Source: Gammaproteobacteria bacterium
Lineage (GTDB): Bacteria; Pseudomonadota; Gammaproteobacteria; Magnimaribacterales; D2472
DNA length: 54,624 bases
Assembly (NCBI GenBank): GCA_002721465.1
Contig: PBKO01000011.1
Coordinates: forward strand, 6,332 to 60,955
Direction of reading: 5' to 3'
Shown: one piece after another, positions 47,961-54,624 of the stretch
How the letters are laid out: every line of letters starts with the position of its first letter
Position numbering within the stretch: the first letter of the stretch is position 1
The notes under the pieces: generated by a model
The model's database searches: none
What the model was told of the DNA's origin: nothing
What the model saw: the letters and a program-made list of their open reading frames with translations, nothing else
Program-made: the position numbers and the translations under genes

Positions 47961-49329
47961 AATTTGGATTGCAGATGACGACGAGGCTATAAGAATTGTT
48001 CTTGAGGAAACTCTAAATGAAGCTGGTTTTGAAACACAAGTGTTTAAGACTGGTGATGATCTTGTAAAACAATTAGAATCTGAAAGTCCTGATTTAATAA
48101 TAACAGATATTCAAATGCCAGGAATGTTGGGATACGATGTTTTAAAACATATAAACAATAATTTTGAAGATCTTCCGGTTATTGTAATGACTGCTTTTGC
48201 TGATATGCAGGCTGCTGTTGAATCTTTTGGTGGAGGTGCTTTTGAATATATTCCAAAACCTTTTGATCTAGAGGAAGCACTACAGATTGTTGAGAGAGCT
48301 CTTGAAGATAAACCAAAAACAAAAGGACTCAAGAAAGACAATAAATTAGATATTATTGGAGAGTCTCAAGTCATGCAAAATGTTTATAGAGCAATTGGAA
48401 AATTATCCAACACAATAGCGACAGTTTTAATTCAAGGAGAATCTGGAACGGGAAAAGAGCTTATTGCAAAATCACTGCATAAAAATAGTCCAAGGCATGA
48501 CATGCCTTTTATTGCTCTCAATATGGCAGATATTCCGAAAGAGTTGGTTGAATCAGAGTTATTTGGCCACGAAAAAGGATCCTTTACTGGAGCTGTCGAT
48601 AAAAGAGTTGGGAGATTTGAACAGGCAAATGGTGGTACTTTATTTTTAGATGAAATTGGTGATATGCCTTTAGATTCTCAGACAAGATTGCTTCGTGTAC
48701 TTTCGAATAAAGAATTTTATAGAGTTGGAGGAGATAAGCCAATTAAAGTTGACGTAAGAATTATCGCGGCTACTCACCAAAATTTAAGTAATCTTGTTTC
48801 TCAAAAACATTTTAGAGAAGATTTATTTTATAGATTAAATGTTATAAAGATTGACGTGCCTCCAATGAAAGATAGGAAAGAGGATATTGATGATCTATCA
48901 AAATATTTTCTTAAAAACTATTCAGATTCACTAGATGAAGATCTCAGAGTTTTATCAGAAGATGCCAAAAATATCATGATGAAATATGATTGGCCAGGTA
49001 ACGTCAGGCAGTTAGAGAATGTCTGTTATTGGCTAACGTTAATGTCACCAAATCAAAATGTAAAAGCTCAAGATTTACCAACTGAGGTTAAAGAATACGA
49101 GATGGTTGATGTTCCTTCTTCATCATGGGAGGACGGCATGAAAAATTGGCTTAAAAACATCTCGCTAAATATTGACTCTGGGCTTTCTGAAATCGCAATC
49201 ACAAAAATTGAAAAAATGCTTATTAAAACTGCGCTTGAAAGATCTAACGGTAAGAAAAATGATGCCGCACAAATTTTAGGATGGGGGAGAAATACATTAT
49301 CAAAAAAAATGAAAGAGCATGGAATTTAG
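47953..49329 (+). CDS. ntrC: Nitrogen regulation response regulator NtrC
   Basis: Receiver (ADDD, TDIQMP, KPFD), GESGTGKEL, ESELFGHEKGSFTGA, FLDEIGDM, HTH LGWGRNTL; TTG start 7 bp after GAGGAG. Confidence 0.95.
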   Translation: MHKIWIADDDEAIRIVLEETLNEAGFETQVFKTGDDLVKQLESESPDLIITDIQMPGMLGYDVLKHINNNFEDLPVIVMTAFADMQAAVESFGGGAFEYIPKPFDLEEALQIVERALEDKPKTKGLKKDNKLDIIGESQVMQNVYRAIGKLSNTIATVLIQGESGTGKELIAKSLHKNSPRHDMPFIALNMADIPKELVESELFGHEKGSFTGAVDKRVGRFEQANGGTLFLDEIGDMPLDSQTRLLRVLSNKEFYRVGGDKPIKVDVRIIAATHQNLSNLVSQKHFREDLFYRLNVIKIDVPPMKDRKEDIDDLSKYFLKNYSDSLDEDLRVLSEDAKNIMMKYDWPGNVRQLENVCYWLTLMSPNQNVKAQDLPTEVKEYEMVDVPSSSWEDGMKNWLKNISLNIDSGLSEIAITKIEKMLIKTALERSNGKKNDAAQILGWGRNTLSKKMKEHGI

Positions 49330-49730
49330 ACTAGTGGCAAGTTATCCATTTTCCACTGATTAATTCCGCCTTTTAAAATTAAAATATCTTCAAATCCCTC
49401 TTTTTGTAATAGTTCTCCAGAGTTTGGAGAAACGCTCCCCATTTCACATATCAAAACAATAGATTTATCTTTTTTATTAATTTCATTGCTCCTTCTTATT
49501 AGATCATTTGAAGGGATATTGAAAGAATTTGTTATAGACCCATTTTTGAATGACTCTGAGTCTCTCAAGTCAATTAAAAAGGCTTTGTCTTGATTGCAAA
49601 GACTTATTAATTGTTGTGTTGATATCTTTTTTCCACCTTTTCTTGCATTCGAGATTATTAATAAGACAATCACAATTAATAGTGGTCCTGACAAATAATA
49701 ATGTTCAATTAAAAAATTAATTAGTTCCAT
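49326..49730 (-). CDS. Membrane-anchored rhodanese-like protein (YibN-like)
   Basis: N-terminal TM, IDLRD, G.I..S.NIP, ICEMG, LKGGI..W...NLPLV. Confidence 0.88.
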   Translation of the reverse strand: MELINFLIEHYYLSGPLLIVIVLLIISNARKGGKKISTQQLISLCNQDKAFLIDLRDSESFKNGSITNSFNIPSNDLIRRSNEINKKDKSIVLICEMGSVSPNSGELLQKEGFEDILILKGGINQWKMDNLPLV

Positions 49731-49775
49731 ATGTATATTATCTATTAAAATAGATTAAATTATGAAAAAAAGTAA

Positions 49776-50396
49776 ATGAAAAATAGAAATCTAATTTTAG
49801 TAAGGCACGGCCAGAGTGAATGGAACAAAAAAAATCTTTTTACTGGTTGGGAAGATCCAGGATTGACAGCGAAAGGTTCTGATGAAGCAAAAAATGCAGG
49901 AACTCTTATCAAAGGTCTAGATATAAAATTTGATTATATGTTTACTTCAGCTCTTATAAGAGCTCAACTAACTGGTTCTATAATCTTGCAAAACATTGGT
50001 CAAGAGGATTTGAAAATTGTAAAAGATAAATCTTTAAATGAAAGATTTTATGGTGATCTTCAAGGTCTAAATAAAGATGAGTGCAGAGAAAAATGGGGTG
50101 AAGAAACAGTCCAAATATGGAGAAGATCTTATGATAAAGGCCCTCCTGGCGGAGAGACTTTAAAAGAAACAGGTGAAAGAGTTTTACCCTACTATTTTGA
50201 AGAAATTCATCCATTAATATTAAAAAATATGAATGTACTTGTTGCTGCGCACGGGAATTCACTAAGGTCATTAATAAAGTTTTTAGATAATATGTCTGAT
50301 GAGGATATTGTTAAGTTAGAAATCCCAACTGGCGCACCAATTCATTATTGCTTTGATGAGAGTGGTAAGGTAATAAGTAAAATAAATTTAATTTAA
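49776..50396 (+). CDS. gpmA: 2,3-BPG-dependent phosphoglycerate mutase
   Basis: LVRHGQSEWN, FTGW.D, LNERFYGDLQGLNK, WRRSY, AAHGNSLR, IPTG. Confidence 0.96.
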   Translation: MKNRNLILVRHGQSEWNKKNLFTGWEDPGLTAKGSDEAKNAGTLIKGLDIKFDYMFTSALIRAQLTGSIILQNIGQEDLKIVKDKSLNERFYGDLQGLNKDECREKWGEETVQIWRRSYDKGPPGGETLKETGERVLPYYFEEIHPLILKNMNVLVAAHGNSLRSLIKFLDNMSDEDIVKLEIPTGAPIHYCFDESGKVISKINLI

Positions 50397-50400
50397 TAAC

Positions 50401-51411
50401 TTGAGACTAGAAGACAAAAAATTTTCTAAAGAGATTATTGAATGGTATCGCCTATTTGGAAGGGATAATTTACCTTGGAGAAAGAATGTTTCTCCCTATA
50501 AAATTTGGATTTCAGAAATAATGCTTCAGCAAACTCAAGTTAAAACTGTAATTCCTTTTTACAAAAAATTTCTTAAAAAGTACCCTAATCTAAAATCCAT
50601 TGCTCCTGCAAGAGAAGATGATATTTTGGCTCTATGGACAGGCCTTGGATTCTATAGAAGAGCAAAAAACATCTACAAAACAAAAGAGATAATAAAAAAA
50701 TCTTTCATCAATAGATTCCCAAAAAAATTTAGTGAATTGGTAGAGTTGCCAGGGATTGGAAGATCAACTGCTGGTGCAATTATGTCAATTGCATATCAGG
50801 AGCCTTTTCCTATATTAGATGCAAATGTAAAAAGAGTTATATCAAGATATAAAAAAATCAATTTAAAAGAAAAAACTTCAATCAAAAAACTCTGGTCTTC
50901 TTCAGAAGATCTTACTCCAAAAAAAAATATATTTGAGTATACACAAGGTGTTATGGATCTTGGTGCAACAATTTGTAGAAGCAAATCTGCTGAATGTTTT
51001 GATTGTCCACTAAAAAAGACATGTAAAAGCGCCTTTCAAAATTTTCAAATAGAAACTATGGTCAAAAAAACTAGGCCTATAAAAGATATCTACTTTACCC
51101 TAGCCCATTCAAATAATTCATTTTTGCTATTTAAAAAAAACGATAAAAGTTTTTGGGAAAGTCTTTGGATTCCCTACGATGATAGTTACTTAAATAAAGA
51201 AAGTATTTTTAAGAAATCTTTAAAGAAAAAGACAACAACTATAAACCACTGCTTAACGCACCTAGAATTAAATATAAAAATAGAAATTATTGACTATAAA
51301 AATATATTTAAAGTTAATTCTAATCTAGAACATCAATGGATTAATAAAAAACAAATTCATAATTATGGCCTGCCAAAACCTATAATGACTATAATAGAAG
51401 AATATGTCTAA
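50401..51411 (+). CDS. mutY: A/G-specific adenine glycosylase
   Basis: LPWR, SEIMLQQTQV, LPGIGRSTAGAI, LDANVKRV, C-x6-C-x2-C-x5-C. Confidence 0.95.
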   Translation: MRLEDKKFSKEIIEWYRLFGRDNLPWRKNVSPYKIWISEIMLQQTQVKTVIPFYKKFLKKYPNLKSIAPAREDDILALWTGLGFYRRAKNIYKTKEIIKKSFINRFPKKFSELVELPGIGRSTAGAIMSIAYQEPFPILDANVKRVISRYKKINLKEKTSIKKLWSSSEDLTPKKNIFEYTQGVMDLGATICRSKSAECFDCPLKKTCKSAFQNFQIETMVKKTRPIKDIYFTLAHSNNSFLLFKKNDKSFWESLWIPYDDSYLNKESIFKKSLKKKTTTINHCLTHLELNIKIEIIDYKNIFKVNSNLEHQWINKKQIHNYGLPKPIMTIIEEYV

Positions 51412-51673
51412 AAAAATATTGTGTAAAAAGCTTGAGAAAGAACTTCCAGCTTTACAGATGCCTCCAATGCCAGGACCAAAAGGAATTGAAATAATGAATA
51501 CAGTATCTGCAGAGGCATGGGAGATGTGGAAATCTCATCAAACTACACTTATTAATGAAAAACACCTTGATATGTCTGATCCAAATAATAGAAAGTGGCT
51601 CTTAGAACAAATGGAAAAATTTTTTAATAATGAAGATTATGAATCAGCTTCTGGCTTTAAAGCGCTAGATTAA
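51404..51673 (+). CDS. yggX: Fe(II)-trafficking / oxidative damage protection protein
   Basis: C.KL, PGPKG..I...VS.EAW..W..HQT.LINE; follows mutY. Confidence 0.93.
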   Translation: MSKKILCKKLEKELPALQMPPMPGPKGIEIMNTVSAEAWEMWKSHQTTLINEKHLDMSDPNNRKWLLEQMEKFFNNEDYESASGFKALD

Positions 51674-51820
51674 AAATAATATTTCATTGATTTTTTGACT
51701 AAATAACTAACTGTAAAAATATTTATAATTGAAACTATATTGGTTCAAACTTTTTGATTTACAAAGTAAAAAAAATAAAGTTTAATTTATTAAGATTCAT
51801 ATTTTTAGGGAGCATGAAAT

Positions 51821-54424
51821 ATGTCTGATAAAACAAATTCTAAATTCCCAAGTGAGGCAGATATCGTAATTGTTGGTGTCGGTGGCATTGTAGGTTCAAT
51901 GCTGGCATATTGGCTTGCAGAGCTTGGTCAAAAAAATGTTGTTGGGCTAGAAAAATCTTCTGTCATACCTTCTGATATTGCATCAACTGCACATGCGTCT
52001 GATTTTGTTTATAACACCACTCATGACAAACTTGGCTGTTGGACAACAGCATTTAGTAGAAAATTCTATGAAGATAATGGATTTTTTCTTAAAAAAGGAG
52101 GTCTTGAAATTTGTAGAAAAGACGATAAGGCGCGTTGGGAAGAATTAAAGAGAAAGGTATCGTCTGGAAAAGCTTTTGGAAGTAATGTTCGACTGATTTC
52201 TGCATCGGAAGCTAAAGAAAAATTCCCATTATTAGACGAAGACTCTTTGCGAGGTGCGATGTGGGATCCGGATGCAGGCCTAGTGATACCAAGATCACAA
52301 GAAGTTGTAAGTTTTGCAGTAGAAACTGCAAAAGATAAAGGATCCTTAAAGACATTCACAAACACCCCTGCTATTGATTTTGAAATTGAAGATGGTCGCA
52401 TTACTGGAGTTAAAACTGAGAAAGGAATTATAAAAACTGAGAAAGTTGTAATTGCGTCTGGAATATGGGGACCTTTAATGGGAAAAAAAGCTGGTGTACC
52501 AGTACCGTTAATGCCATTGGAACATCCTTTATTATTTTTTGGGCCACTTCCAGAGGCACAAGGTGCTGAAGATTTCCTTATATATCCACTATTAAGAGAT
52601 CAAGGAAATTCAGCATATGTGAGAGATACTGGAAGACTCCACGGAGGAATGCTTGAGTGGGGTTTTTATGAAGATAAAAATCCAAGACTGGTTGATCCCG
52701 AAGATATTGGAAATCCAGAAAAAACAATGGGGTCTGACTCAATGAGATATCTTGATCTAGAAGAAGTTGCAGAACCTCTAGAAAAAGCATTTGAAACAAC
52801 TCCAATACTTAATGAACTTGGTTGGGATGAAAAGAGTTCTTTCAATGGACTTTTATCGGTTACGCCAGATGCTGGGTCATTAATAGGCGAAAGTCCAGAA
52901 GTTAGAGGATTTTGGATGTGTGAGGCTGTCTGGGTAAAGGATGGTCCAGGATGTGCAAGATTGTGTGCAGAATTAATGGTAAATGGTAAAAGTCAGGTAG
53001 ATATTCATTCTTTTGACATAAGTAGGTTTTATCCAGAACAAAAAGAAAAAGAATTTGTAAAATCACGCGCATATGAAAATTCACAAACTATTTATACTCC
53101 TGCAGTTCATCCAAGAGAACCCTATATCAGTCAAAGAGAAAAATTTGTAAGTCCTTTTTATGAGAGAGAGATTGAGCTTGGGGGATATTTTGATAATGAA
53201 GTAGCTTGTTGGGAAAGAGCTTTTGCTTATGAAAGCAATAAAGAGAAACTCCAAAAATACGCAAATCAAATACCTACAAGAGAAAATGAGTGGGATAGGC
53301 GACATGTTCCTTATGAGATTGCCAACGCGGAACATTTAGCAATGAGTGATTCTGTTGGCATGATTAATTTATCGCATTTCCCCATCTTAGATATAAAAGG
53401 TCCAGATGCTGAGAAAATGTTAGAGTATCTTTCTGTTGCCAAAGTTGGTGGTAATACTCCAGAGGGTAAAGTTGTCTATACTAACTTTCTTGATGAAGAT
53501 GGCGGAGTTCATGCAGATCTTACTATTTCTAAATTGAGTTCAAATAGCTACCGAGTAGTTACAGGTGGTGCTGATGGAAATAGAGACTGGGTAACATTAA
53601 GAAATTACAGAGACGATAACGGACTTGATGCTGATATAAATATTAGAACTCATGACATAGCAACTTTAGGCTTATGGGGGCCTGATGCAAAAAAAGCATT
53701 GAGTCATTTCGTTGATCCGAATGAAATAAGTATTGAAAACTTTCCTTTTGTGTCTGCTAAAAATCTCTCGCTTAATTTAACAAATGGGAAAAAGATTGAC
53801 GTTTGGGCTGCTCGAATTTCTTACGTTGGTGAAAGTGGTTGGGAAATCTATCTTGATAACAATAGTGAGGACGGTCTAGCTTTGTATGATTCCCTTCTTG
53901 AGGTTGGAGTTATTCCAGTTGGAATCGAAACCTATGCTAATAGTAGAAGGCTTGAGAAGAGCTTTAGACTTCAAGGAGCTGATCTTGAAACTGACTACAA
54001 TGCAATTGAAGCTGCAATTCAAAGACCCTTGGTAAAAGAAGCAGATTTTCATGGTAAAGCTGCTCATCTTTCACACAGAAAAGAAGATCCATGTGCTGTG
54101 CTTTGTACAATGACGTTAGATGATCTTAACGTTTCAAATGATACCAGATATCCAGTTGGTATTTCACCTATCATTGATCCTGCAACAGGTGAAGTACCTA
54201 TAGATAGCAAGGGGAGAAGATCATATACAACGGGCATGTCATACTGCCCTTCTGTCAAAAAATTTGTAGTTATGGGGTACCTTCCTAAAGAAATTGCAAT
54301 TAAAGGTAAGTCACTTTTAATAGAGTACTTCAATGAAGATGGTGATGGTTTATATCCAATGACTGTTGAAATAGTTGGCAAAGGATCCCTGTATGATCCT
54401 ACCAATGAGAGAGTTCGTATCTAG
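51821..54424 (+). CDS. Dimethylglycine/sarcosine oxidase-dehydrogenase-like flavoprotein (DAO + GcvT folate domains)
   Basis: Rossmann GVGGIVG, STAHA, TPD...LIGE, ARISYVGESGWEIY, SRRLEK, YDP.NERVR; 867 aa. Confidence 0.88.
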   Translation: MSDKTNSKFPSEADIVIVGVGGIVGSMLAYWLAELGQKNVVGLEKSSVIPSDIASTAHASDFVYNTTHDKLGCWTTAFSRKFYEDNGFFLKKGGLEICRKDDKARWEELKRKVSSGKAFGSNVRLISASEAKEKFPLLDEDSLRGAMWDPDAGLVIPRSQEVVSFAVETAKDKGSLKTFTNTPAIDFEIEDGRITGVKTEKGIIKTEKVVIASGIWGPLMGKKAGVPVPLMPLEHPLLFFGPLPEAQGAEDFLIYPLLRDQGNSAYVRDTGRLHGGMLEWGFYEDKNPRLVDPEDIGNPEKTMGSDSMRYLDLEEVAEPLEKAFETTPILNELGWDEKSSFNGLLSVTPDAGSLIGESPEVRGFWMCEAVWVKDGPGCARLCAELMVNGKSQVDIHSFDISRFYPEQKEKEFVKSRAYENSQTIYTPAVHPREPYISQREKFVSPFYEREIELGGYFDNEVACWERAFAYESNKEKLQKYANQIPTRENEWDRRHVPYEIANAEHLAMSDSVGMINLSHFPILDIKGPDAEKMLEYLSVAKVGGNTPEGKVVYTNFLDEDGGVHADLTISKLSSNSYRVVTGGADGNRDWVTLRNYRDDNGLDADINIRTHDIATLGLWGPDAKKALSHFVDPNEISIENFPFVSAKNLSLNLTNGKKIDVWAARISYVGESGWEIYLDNNSEDGLALYDSLLEVGVIPVGIETYANSRRLEKSFRLQGADLETDYNAIEAAIQRPLVKEADFHGKAAHLSHRKEDPCAVLCTMTLDDLNVSNDTRYPVGISPIIDPATGEVPIDSKGRRSYTTGMSYCPSVKKFVVMGYLPKEIAIKGKSLLIEYFNEDGDGLYPMTVEIVGKGSLYDPTNERVRI

Positions 54425-54436
54425 TGATTAGACTTA

Positions 54437-54465
54437 ATGACAATGCTTACAAACTTGCCTATAAT
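54437..54465 (+). promoter_or_regulatory. sigma70 promoter of tRNA-Phe
   Basis: ATGACA (54437-42), 17 bp spacer, TATAAT (54460-65), 15 bp before the tRNA. Confidence 0.65.
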
Positions 54466-54480
54466 CCAAATTTCAAATAA

Positions 54481-54556
54481 GCCCAGATAGCTCAGTTGGT
54501 AGAGCAAAGGACTGAAAATCCTTGTGTCGGTGGTTCGATCCCACCTCTGGGCACCA
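54481..54556 (+). tRNA. tRNA-Phe (GAA)
   Basis: 76 nt; acceptor GCCCAGA/TCTGGGC, anticodon arm AAGGA-CTGAAAA-TCCTT, T-loop TTCGATC, encoded CCA. Confidence 0.98.
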
Positions 54557-54624
54557 TTCATCAAAATTGTACGAATTAAAATTAATTTTGGATGTTAAAA
54601 TATTTATATGACTTTACAAAAACC

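Noticed and set aside
51674-51820. Riboswitch or sRNA upstream of the GcvT-family gene
   Set aside because: Extremely AT-rich, with no glycine/THF/SAM riboswitch consensus or stable stems visible
1018-54405. Remaining 60-120 aa nested or antisense ORFs in the track
   Set aside because: All overlap confidently assigned genes and show no family motifs
54481-54624. tRNA-Phe as an integration site for an island
   Set aside because: No integrase and no duplicated tRNA 3' end seen in the window; only 68 bp downstream is visible, so an island beyond the edge cannot be excluded

Overview
AT-rich (about 30% GC by eye, not computed), very gene-dense chromosomal segment of a streamlined marine gammaproteobacterium, most like the SAR86 clade (inferred from gene content, Pseudomonas-like synteny remnants and composition). 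It is almost entirely core housekeeping: gshB-rsmE, fis-purHD, trpEGDC, amgK-murU, lptD-surA-pdxA-rsmA-apaH-cca, folBK, tsaD/rpsU, rph-pyrE, yicC-gmk-rpoZ-spoT, ubiCA, glutamine synthetase-ntrBC, mutY-yggX and tRNA-Phe. I see no phage, IS, integrase or CRISPR array. Two genes are missing from the ORF track (partial gshB and a rubredoxin). The most unusual items are: a tandem-repeat-built methionine-rich insert in LptD; a type II glutamine synthetase heading ntrBC with an NtrC-like box but no sigma54 promoter; an atypical photolyase/cryptochrome converging on an XPB-like helicase; an in-frame TGA in an otherwise intact PepSY-TM gene; an alphaproteobacterial-like gpmA at the gpmI locus; and a recurring leaderless-promoter pattern. 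All functional calls come from motif recognition, with no database searches. I did not find a clearly new multi-gene system.
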